Origin: Albugo candida
Taxonomy: Eukaryota
Length of the DNA stretch: 64,000 nt
Assembly (NCBI GenBank): GCA_040437565.1
Contig: JBDOQK010000007.1
Span: 372,001-436,000 of the forward strand
Direction of reading: 5' to 3'
The notes under the pieces were generated by a model that was given only the letters and a program-made list of their open reading frames with translations, made no database searches and was not told where the DNA came from. Numbering within the stretch: position 1 is the stretch's first letter; each line of letters begins with the position of its first letter. A program made the translations under genes and the position numbers. Positions 12,301-22,106 of the stretch are shown piece after piece.

Positions 12301-13452
12301 TCCATAATCCTGACTCGTTGCGTGGATTACCAAAACTGGAATGCTGCCGCCGAGGTGTTTGAGGCCCATGATGGATGGATTGATGCAGTAGAATGTAGAC
12401 TACGTTGCCATTCCATTCTAGCTGAAGCAGCGAGATCAGACTTTACGAAGATTGAACCTAATGACCTATTATGCTTGATACAAAGATTTGTCCAAGAGCC
12501 TTCGATCAATTCGAGTTTTGATCAAGAGACGAGAGAGTCAATATTCTCCCGGATATTGGTCAAGTGGTACGAGTTTGGATTCTCAATGTCCGAGTTGGAA
12601 ATACATATACTTGATGAAAAGAATTTTTGTCACTTGCAGCCGCTACTCTCCTCAATTCTGTACTCTGAAGTATCTGATCAGGTGAAAGATATTAGGATGG
12701 GGTTTGAGCGTAAGCACTCAAGCAGTGATGGTCTGGATACACATCGCAACTGGCTGGCACAATGCCGCGACCTTCCTTTTTCGGGCCGCTTATTATACAG
12801 GATTAGTCTCAGTCTTGTTAAGGCCCTGCAAGCTCAAGCGGAACACATTCCGACCAAAGCTAGAAATGTGAATGAAATGGTGGACGTGGTTCGAGGAAGC
12901 ATTCTCGACAATGACAGAATGATATCTGCTATAGAAGTCCCATCTCATCTATCCCGACTTATTGGTAAAAGCGATCCACTTGAAACACACGTGGAAGTGT
13001 TCAGCTGCGGACATCTGTTCCCAAAGCGTGTACTCGAAGAAGACATCCTACCAGAATTTGAGACGCGAATGAATGCCTTGTCTTTGCCATTATTCCGAAC
13101 AAAGATATTGCTCATAGAAGAATGGAGGAAGCAAAATATCAGAGGAACATCGAAAGATAAGAACAGGCAGCTATCTGACTATAGAAGTGGCACGGTAATG
13201 GAAGTGCCATGTCCTCTATGCTGTTATAGTTATCTATGTTGGAATATTGAAGAACAGGACCGACAGTGCACCACAACGAGAGACGTGGATCGTATTGTCA
13301 AAAACGGGTCAGTGAACCCAAAGTCGAATTATTACTATATACATGCACAGGAGAACAAGCATCTGTCTCCTAGTGTGTACAATTCTAGCAACAAAGCCTT
13401 TGTCACGACAATCAAAATCGAAGAGTCAACGAAAAGTGCGGAAACAAAATAA
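9304..13452 (+). CDS. Large uncharacterised protein (~1380 aa): beta-rich/WD-like N-terminus, helical middle, C-terminal CxH...CxxC motif
   Basis: Single long ORF, first ATG at 9304. WD-like VALDFSPEGDWLAA; C-terminal FSCGHLF...PCPLCC. No confident family assignment. Confidence 0.75.
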   Translation: MNRCDTKALFKIKRIFSIESSEDDSKNSFTSLGEFNIDSLAVHTDSSKQYLALAIGSSTKNGKEASTTSIEYPSRPLIVRSIEEDGKLRFWRFSFTKCSRKSIDRSMPLCSSPTRRSSFPSTTSISASVVSQAEISSIEKSKNPERFVALDFSPEGDWLAALSLITNALYLIPIQSLIKKTRKHQVEKSYKASTHGNDSPNVRSTCGVAVEKGVMTLSPSVMNVRMSSYLRAKNEAGGCNGAKYRSQIANDNLLMSSLILSPDIGTLSCCRWWRSSNGKNYCLIGGTTSVISIVNIEENREECRCDLDPRLKSMSTRIESIELLHETVNKLPQCSMLIKMRMVSTQVFSDTYANENAARYHNKFATTPVSYFRVLLERHVMEIRSDDLSRPNGTLKIKTLQEYQHERLFSPQRMHNGHFVKGFTKQVLEDPATTPICLFAINGTQYSESWVAAYSAIERSAMLYLNINEQPKSMYTFPQLFEEVNDLTNVEMLYSSTDLMLLQGNLKGTVAQADSQHDQKYIAVWVSLPSRQVGKEDTKAQEARVVHHLRLHENEKIKAVLQTTSISKQLPKSETRCHVSLGNETSQAAGQTLYIIWTDHNVYECYTQWSRLALFTALREECIMLSDALCIGYALGVDMASLCEVVADTLCGDDCLEEPTKSAIGTSRKIMPNRDIGCDGNIDTMVPFKHHEWIKELYSASRAQPHKGMKQLRGIGANLQAIAFGKHYTGPFTDHVSNKNEILATMNGLQPEEARRVAELLIDLLMEQKAKRDFLSEEKGNRACTRRSSDDKEELIEDWLLLFLEQNVDYDFQAVIDICIHWEQVALALNVGLFRNSIEHVFKKILQAGMASSVSTSTIESLLVRNSQVAQLLAVPENHIILRQLPNRVQLRIISYDADTVLEHRDWIIRNSNSFSVQQCITILDHFALQTAALCLNHNHNDKFTDVDGICEKHSFEEAEFYLALLIRVVAEIEKPEDPKYSQWTLQQHIKSMKGSYRPSIILTRCVDYQNWNAAAEVFEAHDGWIDAVECRLRCHSILAEAARSDFTKIEPNDLLCLIQRFVQEPSINSSFDQETRESIFSRILVKWYEFGFSMSELEIHILDEKNFCHLQPLLSSILYSEVSDQVKDIRMGFERKHSSSDGLDTHRNWLAQCRDLPFSGRLLYRISLSLVKALQAQAEHIPTKARNVNEMVDVVRGSILDNDRMISAIEVPSHLSRLIGKSDPLETHVEVFSCGHLFPKRVLEEDILPEFETRMNALSLPLFRTKILLIEEWRKQNIRGTSKDKNRQLSDYRSGTVMEVPCPLCCYSYLCWNIEEQDRQCTTTRDVDRIVKNGSVNPKSNYYYIHAQENKHLSPSVYNSSNKAFVTTIKIEESTKSAETK

Positions 13453-13529
13453 GTAATAAAAGGAAGTACAGCGAAACGCTTAATGGAAATACATGCGCGC
13501 GAATGTTAGGTTATTGACAGCTGAGCATC

Positions 13530-15380
13530 TCAGTTTGTCTCAGTTCGATTAGGAGCAGCAAAAGCGTTGGAAGTGCTGGAGAATTCGACAGATCGGTTTT
13601 GAGGCCAAGCTGGTTTCGAATCGGCCCATATATTGATGGTTTCGAATGTCGCTGGTCCGTAAGATACAACGGAAATGCCATCAGATGCGCTTTTGGTAGC
13701 ACAAGGGTAGATTCGGGCGGATAGGGCCACACGGTCATTGACAAATACTTCCACCACGGAAACGTCAACGAAAATGCGAAGTTTTACCTTCTCTTTTCTG
13801 ATAATACATCGTCCAGTACTTCCATCAGCAATTTCGAAAGCTTTGAAAAATGCATTGTTGGATTCTGTGACTGGTTTGTGATCAGGTGTGACCTCCGCGC
13901 ACGACATATCACAGCTATTGGTTCGATTGATGGTTATCATGTGACTGACGTCATCGTAAACCACTTCGGTGAATTCCTCATTGTTAAGACCACGTCGAAC
14001 ACGGAAACCAAAGCGCGATCCAGTGAAATTAGAGACTTCTGCGAGAATCTCGAAGGATTTGCTGTTCACTGGAAGCACTTGCTCCTTGTCGGTTACATTG
14101 AGATTTGCGATAGTCCATGATTTTGATCCGCGCATTTCTGTGAGTGCTTCCAATGGTTGGAAAGCCAGAGTCTTGATGGTACTGATAAAATATTTATCAC
14201 TCCCACATTCTGAAAACCCTCGTTTTGTCACAACCCAAGGTGATCTAATGGAAAGATGATCTAATGGATCGAAAACATTGGCGATCGTGGTGATTTTTAC
14301 TTCACGTGGCAGAGCATGTATCCCGTTCCAGCCTTGTATTTGCTCTTCTCTTCCATTCTCTTCCGTTATCCAGGCATAAACGATCGTCTTACCCGTCACT
14401 GGATCCTTCATCACGGTGCTCGCATACCAGACACTGCGATCTGCGAATCCGACCATCTTGGGATCGAAAGTAACGTTAGTATCATTCTTTACGAAATCTC
14501 CAGCCATCCACAGTACGTAATGACGATCGACATTTTCGACTGATGTGAGGAAGACGTTGTACATATTTCCGTCCTCATCTGGAAGCTCCATATACACAGT
14601 CATTTCGAAATTGTATCCAAAGTCACCGCTCAAGAAGGGGTGGTAGAAAGTCGAATTGATTGTTCGCGAGAAAAGCTGTCCATGAAAATCCCATGACAGG
14701 TAATTCTTCCCAATATATAGAAAAAGACATGGCCCTTTACCTCGGATACCACCTGAAACAAGCATGTACGAGTTCAAACCACTATTGGTATTCTGGAGAC
14801 CAAGAGCAGTGTCCAAGGACTTGGATTGGAATATATATGGATCACGCCACCCGGTCAAATCATATCCTGGCGGACCATTTTCAATCACAGGAGTAGGGTA
14901 CTTTTGCCAGGTGATACCATTGTCCAGAGTTGTAGCAGTCATGACGTGTTCGCCGCTTAAGTAGGCGAGCTTGAAGTTATCTGGCAGTCGACTTATACCA
15001 GTATAAAAGATGTACATTTGTCCGTTTATGACAGATTTGACTGCTTGGCCCGAGAAAACACCCATGTGGTCCCATTTGCTGTCAGGCATAAAGGCGATCG
15101 GAAGATCAGTCCACTCCACCTGATTATGGGACACGGCATGACCCCAGTGCATATTGCCCCACTTGGTTCCAGTAGGATTAAACTGATAAAACATATGATA
15201 CAACTGCGTCTCACTATCGAAATATGGAGCGCAAGGATCGTTCATCCAGTCATATGGAGCGATAAAGTGATAGATAGTTCGGTGTTTGTAAAATAGTGGA
15301 TCTTGTTTCTCGACTTGAAAGGCGAATAGCTTGGAAGCATAAAACCACAATGTCGCTGAAGTAATCACAAAATTTCTCAT
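13530..15380 (-). CDS. Secreted glycoside hydrolase family 32 (invertase / beta-fructofuranosidase)
   Basis: GH32 motifs WMNDP, HWGHAVS, FSG, WRDP, acid/base Glu in NFEM, and C-terminal beta-sandwich (IFVDVSVVEVFVND...RIYP). Likely start MRNFVITSATLWFYASKLFA is signal-peptide-like; an upstream ATG at 15449 is also possible. Confidence 0.93.
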   Translation of the reverse strand: MRNFVITSATLWFYASKLFAFQVEKQDPLFYKHRTIYHFIAPYDWMNDPCAPYFDSETQLYHMFYQFNPTGTKWGNMHWGHAVSHNQVEWTDLPIAFMPDSKWDHMGVFSGQAVKSVINGQMYIFYTGISRLPDNFKLAYLSGEHVMTATTLDNGITWQKYPTPVIENGPPGYDLTGWRDPYIFQSKSLDTALGLQNTNSGLNSYMLVSGGIRGKGPCLFLYIGKNYLSWDFHGQLFSRTINSTFYHPFLSGDFGYNFEMTVYMELPDEDGNMYNVFLTSVENVDRHYVLWMAGDFVKNDTNVTFDPKMVGFADRSVWYASTVMKDPVTGKTIVYAWITEENGREEQIQGWNGIHALPREVKITTIANVFDPLDHLSIRSPWVVTKRGFSECGSDKYFISTIKTLAFQPLEALTEMRGSKSWTIANLNVTDKEQVLPVNSKSFEILAEVSNFTGSRFGFRVRRGLNNEEFTEVVYDDVSHMITINRTNSCDMSCAEVTPDHKPVTESNNAFFKAFEIADGSTGRCIIRKEKVKLRIFVDVSVVEVFVNDRVALSARIYPCATKSASDGISVVSYGPATFETINIWADSKPAWPQNRSVEFSSTSNAFAAPNRTETN

Positions 15381-16340
15381 GCTTGGGTGCGCTGCCAATG
15401 TTGATCTGAAGCGGAAAAACCAAAAGTGAGAGACCCTAATTGTTTGCATTGCTACGGTTACACTATCAGCACTCCGGATTGTTCATGTCGTAAATTGTGC
15501 GAGCGAATGTGGAAGGATCTGGTCTTCCCGCTTTAATTGATCCATTTGTGTCACGAAAACTTGATTTTCGACTGCGGTACTTCAACCCGAGCCGCGAACT
15601 GGCGAAATTGATGCAATTGAGCCAACTTATTTGGTGTTCTACGCAAAAGTTCTGACGGACTCGACTTGAACTTGAGAAATTAGAAGCTAGCGTGCAACGT
15701 TTGGCAGTTCTTTCGATTCTATTTGGTGAATGTTTACTTTCCTATTGCGGTAAAACCTGTCTTTAAATGACAAGATGATACTTTACTGCAGCTGACTCCC
15801 TTCGAATCCCTTACACTTTATACAGAATGACTTACGTTGGAGAAAGCCTCTATCCATGTGGAGAATCCGATCGAAGCAACGCGAAGTGCTCAACAAAACT
15901 CCATACAAGTCCAAAAATCTTCACATTAATGACGGGAATATAATGACTGGCTCTCGAGCACGCACACAATAGCTAGAAGGGGACATGCTTGCATCAAGGC
16001 ATGTGCAAATATGTACATTCAAAAGTGACAAGCGTCCTCTCGGATTAAGAAATCACGCCATTCACGCATCCCAGTTCGTTAATCGTGAGCTACATACATA
16101 ATTCAGCCTGCGATCGATTTTTAAAGCAGGAATAGACCGCAAACATTCTCCCTGTGGAATCAAACTTGCGTGTTATAGCCTATGTATTACATGTCAATTG
16201 CAGCTGGATGCAGTCATTACAGTGGAGTCGGTGAGGATGCACAGCATCGATCTTGGGGCACACAGTTCAGTTACCTGGCTAATTATAGAGGAGGTGACGA
16301 GAGGGTGCTCATTAACTATATCGCTTTGATTTTTGGTACG

Positions 16341-18798
16341 ATGGCGACGGAGATTTCTCGGCAAGATAAAGATATGAGCTTGAACAAAGATCTTATGATG
16401 CCACCTGGAAAACTAAGTGATGATTCCGTACTTGCGGTTAGCGATATTACTCTTGAGGAGGTATCCACGCATCTTTAATTGCACTGAGATCCTCAACTTC
16501 TTGTATCCTGGTAAAGATTCCATATTCTCAAGGATCCTCGGGACAAAGGCAGTCACCCAAGGCAAATAATCAAGAATCGTTGCGGATACTGATCGCGCAA
16601 GTTTGTTGTCAGATTGAGGCAATACTTTTCATTGATCTCATCTATTTGCACATTTCAGATCGTGGAATGTTGGAAATGCAATGCCACCTAAAGAAATCAG
16701 TCCGTGGATTCCACTTGGAGGTGGTAATTTCGACATAGTAGCAGTTGGTTTGCAAGAGTCGAATTATAAAGAGAAGGATCGCGATGAGAAGGACTCTGCT
16801 GTCATCGGGATTGAAGAAATTCATCAGGAAGTTTTCGATATTACGGAGGTCCAGTTCAAGATAGAAAGCACGCTAGATAGCGAAGATAGAATATGCTTGG
16901 ATAGTTCTCCAGTGCTGTCTTCCTTTAGTCAGTCAGGAAGTTATATTGTAGATCTAAAGCCGAATGATGGGATTAATGATTCCGGTGGTCAAGATGTAAT
17001 TATAAAGCGTCCACGGTCGCATAAATCATATCGGAAAGTGAAGCGGATTGTGCGTAAAGTAAGCGAAAACATCAGGGAGTCTGTCTCCGAAGTTTTTGAC
17101 TACCCTTTCAGCAAGCAGTTGCATCAACAATTGGGAGAGCAGTACATATTAGCAAACAAAGTTGAATTGATGGAAATGAGACTATTTCTCTTCGTACACG
17201 AAAAGCATACAGTGACTGCTTTTGAAAAAGTATCAATACCAACAGGGCTTGGCAGTGTACTAGGAAATAAGGTGAGGTGGTGTCCGAATCACACCTGATA
17301 TCAGCAATTGACAATTTTAGCTTTAGGGCGGACTCATACTGAAGTGTGTCATCTCGAACACGTCCTTGTGCTTTGTGAGCTGCCATTTAGCTGCTCATCA
17401 AGATCAGAAATACTTAGAAAAGCGCAACGCCGATGTACGTGATAGTACAATTTTATATGTGGTCGGAACCTGATAATCGTCTGACAGTGTGCCGCCATAT
17501 TGGGGGCCCATGTGGGAAAAAAGCATGTTTCTCTGGATCATCAGTTTGATTACTGCTTCTGGTTTGGTGACTTGAATTACCGGATTGATTTACATCATGC
17601 TCCTAGCAACGATGCTACTGATGCAGTTGAACTGAAGAATCTCATTCCAGTCAAGAATGGAATGCCCGATGGAGCGTCAAGATCACTTTCTCATGAAGCT
17701 CATTTCAAACGGGTTCTTGAGCTAGTGCATGCTAGAAAGTGGGGCATTTTAAATGAGAACGATCAGCTGAAACATCAGATGGATTTGAAACGAGCGCTGT
17801 CGGGGTGGCAGCTTCCTCTAGCTTATTTTGCTCCAACATTCAAAAGGGTGCGCAATGCTGAAAGTGAATACAATGTTGGTATCAAAATTGCGTTCTAGTA
17901 CATCGTACTTACATTGGAACATGCTAGGATCAGCGAGTGCCTTCATATTGTGATCGCATTTTATATACTTCACTTCCCGGGTACCGAGAAAAGATTCAGT
18001 TGGATTATTTTTCCAGTATTGAGTCCCTCAGAACTAGCGATCACAAACCTGTACATGCAGCTTTTACCATCATACCGACAAACCCTCTTCTGATCAATAC
18101 GCGCCTATCAATTGCTGATATGAGTCAGATTGATATCGCTGACCTATCTGCAAGGAATTTACTGGCGATGGACATCACAGGAACAAGTGATCCTTATGTA
18201 ACGTCTTGCAATGGATTTTGCTTGAAGGAAATCATCATTCGTCAGTGTAGATCAAGTTTGGTACCGTTCCCAAAAAGGCTCTGCAAATTGATTCTACGGG
18301 CTCACATCCAGTTACCGCTATCAGGAAGGCAACACTTTATCCAAGGCAAGTATTCTTTTGTTGCCTGCGTTGTGCATCCCTCTATATACATAACTTATTT
18401 CCATTCTGCAGCTGGAAAAATCATCAGATTCCAAAACTAAGGGTCCTTGCGAATAACCGAGAAGAAATCTCAAAAATACATTTGGTTTTTGTATTTTTGG
18501 ACCACGACGCAACTTCTATGGATGATGTTCTAGGTGTGATTTATCTTGTGTTTCATAGAAGCGTTAGACTTTACTTGACTTCTCTGTAGGTACTTTTGTA
18601 CTGAATTTGGCCGATGTATCCACTGCGAAACCACACTTTCAATGTTTTGGAGGGGAAATATACTTACATGGAAGAGCAGCAGGAAGTATCAACGGCAAGA
18701 TCCGTATCACTTTACCGTCTAAACTCGACAAAGCACAAGAGGGATTCATTCCCATTCCACGGATGCAAATGACGAAATGCGCCTGCCACATCACATAA
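16341..18798 (+). CDS. Inositol polyphosphate 5-phosphatase with a C-terminal C2 domain; multi-exon (~9 exons)
   Basis: Spliced product contains SWNVGN, DIVAVGLQE, GNKGG, FVSCHLAAH, FWFGDLNYR, PSYCDRIL and SDHKPV (IPPc motifs), then C2-like ARNLLAMDITGTSDPY-IK...TLYPSW...DHD...DDVLG. Exon 1-2 junction (intron 16461-16516) is less certain. Confidence 0.9.
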
Positions 18799-21700
18799 GC
18801 TTACTCCCCAGTTCTCAAGTTTTAGTGCACTAGCACGGGATCAGTTTTCACTGGGAAGTCTAAATCTTCTATTTGAATTTTTACGCCATTTTCATGCATA
18901 TTCAAAGCTTATGTGGGTCCATATTTTGTGTGGAAACAATTACTATCTTGATGAGGGAACGATAAATATGGTGAGCAGTATGAAGTAAAACATTCAGATG
19001 CATTTGCTGAGAAACACGTTCCGCATGAAAACATCAGTCAGCAGGGATGGAATTTTTTTATCGTCTTCGATTTTTGAATATTCGTGCTATTACTTTTCCT
19101 TTGGAGGTCTCAATGACCAGGATCAGCAGGAGTTTTCAACGGTGATACTTTGTCGAGAGGTCCTTTTGATGAAAGCGATTGCTAGTAGGCTGACTGATAT
19201 TCAGAAGACAAAGTAGAGGTAGTTCCATCCGCATTCTTTCAGTGTTTCCCCATATATTGAGGAGACGACCGTAGCAGCTAAGTGTACAATTGAAAAATAG
19301 TATCATGTAATATGATGCCTACACCGCATTTTGCATTCATAGTTGAATCTTTAGGACATGGCGCTTATGCTGTTCGTTTCTGGATCGGATTGAAAGATTT
19401 TGAATCGAGCTTAGCGGACGCATCATTCTGTATATGCTCGAAGCGATATCCTTGCATCTGTCGAGGCTACTTCGTCACAAGACACGATCATATGCGACGG
19501 AAGACGTTATGAGTGACACTATATCAAGCACGAGCGTCTCAAAAGCGATTAAACTGACCGTTGCATAGAGCCTCTCCTATCGTTTTGGAGGGACTTGCGG
19601 AAACAGCACCCCGTAGCTTTGGAAGATGCGCCTAGTCATGGGATGTCTTGAAAAGCTCATCAGAACTATAGAAGAGCTGCCTATTATGCAAAACCTTTGC
19701 GAATAGGCCTCGTAACAGTCTGTCTGCAGCGAAATAGTACCTCCTATGTCTGCAAAAGGAAGTCGACCCATTATCCGCCGTCGAAATCATCACCAGTCGA
19801 CTAAAAGCGGCTATTAAAATGTAATAAACACTTCAGATGCTTTGAAAATAATCATTTCACTGAAATGAGCTCATGTCGAATTGATACGATATAATCAGCG
19901 TTGGACATGTGATCGAGTTCGAGATACAAATTAGCTACGTCCATTGTGATCGGCGAATTGCTTGAGCGGCTCATCCAGATGAAGGCACCTGTTTTCAACT
20001 TTATCTGGGTTGCTTTTCGATCTCCTGCTAAAGGTATTGCTGTCTTTGGCTCCAAGTATTACCTTTCATATAAAATGGGCCATGGTTGACAAAGTGACCT
20101 TACGAGAGCGAAATTTATTATCACTCGGATAGAACCAGAATTGCATACGATCCAAGAGCTGAATGCAAAATAAATTCATGCGCTATGAAGTCGCTCCTTG
20201 AGCCTCCCATCCACTTATCTGCGAATTTTTGTCATTCACAATCGCTCAGTACCGTCAAGGCACACGCTGATAGACTGAAAAATGAGGCGGGAATGCTAAT
20301 GGAAATAAGATTGATTGTACCAAGAGATACTCGATTGATATCGAGTATGTTGAGCTCCAGATGATCTGTTTTACGGTTGATGTATCTCACACTGTGTGCA
20401 AGCGATACATCAATGCCTCAAACGCTCATAAGCCAAATGCACATGACTTTTTCGCTTCATTACCTTCGTTCTGCCTGCCATACGTTCTACTTGCGCCTCA
20501 TTGCTTGTGGCGTTTCGACCATTCAACTTTGCGTAACGAAATCAAATCAGATATCGATCCTTTCATTGGTAGCATAGATAACGCGCTGACGTTTGTCCTC
20601 GATTCTTCTATATAATTCATTCTAAGCCGTCTGAATGCATATCGACTAAAAATGATAGGCACGACTTCGCCTTACAGACATATGGAAAGAATAGAATGGG
20701 TCTAACCGCATTCTCAAATGTCTATACAGATTATCCGATGTGAACCATAGCACTCTGAGCAAAGGTCAAAAATATATTACTAGAATATTTGTTATTGTGC
20801 GTGCTATAACGTTCTGACAAATGTAGATTGCTAATAACTGCAGTCAACACGGGGTTAATGATAAAGACTGATTGCAACGCCATATATGGCTGTCATGTCA
20901 TCTTCTTTGTATTACCTCCCGAGAACTTGTGTGCATACTGTAATCGTGTTTCTTTCTTCAGTGCATAACCACTGTTGCTCTTTGATTCTGATTAGCGCGT
21001 GTAGGATACCTTTCCACAAGAAATCTTAGTTCTTCTGATCACATGCACGGAGATTTGTAACAATGCCACGTCCGGAAAGAAGCCATCAAGAAGTTATAAA
21101 GGTCGAAACATACGAACGAAGAAAAATCTATGCATCTGATGCAAGCGCATGTTAATCAATTGGGCTTCCAAGTGCCCGATCTGGGCTACCTCGTTGGGTT
21201 ACCTTTCTTTTCTTCTAATTCTTTATTGCCTGAATATTCCCTTATCGAGCTCACCCATAGACTTAATGCATAATGCTTTAGGCTTGCAATTTTATTTTTC
21301 TGCATGAAATTGCCCCGCGGGTTCCATTTACTTTTATCAGAACTGCTGCATTCATGATGCTTACACTCATAGAGGAAGCTACTATCTTAAGTCAGCGGAT
21401 AACCTCACTCTTTAGATCATAAGAATTCAAAAGGAAGAAATCCTGGAGTTGGTTTGTGTTTTCCAGGTCTACTTGGGGATCGGGTCATGCTGACACTTTG
21501 TGTCTCACCAAATCCATCATGCATCCTGATACTTCTGCTCGGTAGTAGAAGTTTCCTGGATCGCAATATGCATAAAGTGGTATTTATAACAGATGTCAAA
21601 CACATCCTTAAGCTCAAGCGCCACATGAACGTGGAAATGCTTATAAAATTGACACAGAGTGCCGCACAAAATGCATACAAATAGTATCATAAACATCCCA

Positions 21701-22106
21701 CACATTCTTTTTCACTAAATGGATTAAGTAAAAAACTCGTCAGATCACACGTAACGGCTTGAAAAACATGGGGATGGCGACATAACTCGACTTTGGTGGG
21801 CACATACCCGTGTGACATTCCAGGGACGTACCGGCGGCATGAATGTTCGTACTACTGCCTCGTCACGGGCACAAGAAATCCGGATTGCATGAGGTCGATT
21901 TGTATAAACTTGATTTCGAATGGAGACGACTCCAATTTTGTTATCGAGTGATTATGGTCGTCATGTGGAATACAAACGAATCGTTGATGTATCTGTCTCG
22001 TGCCCAAGCGCAACCTTGTGCTTACATCCTTGAATCATCAACGCGTCTATTTTATTGCATTTGTATCTCTATTACATCTATCCCTTCCTTATCTCATCAC
22101 AAACCG

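Noticed and set aside
19035-19198. 10-bp inverted repeat (ATCAGTCAGC...GCTGACTGAT) as MITE ends
   Set aside because: Too short, with no clear target-site duplication and no second copy in the window.
21800-21875. Possible structured RNA or TPP riboswitch (CCCGTG...CACGGG pairing)
   Set aside because: Lacks the conserved CTGAGA and CTGAT...AGCG motifs; the pairing is short and imperfect.
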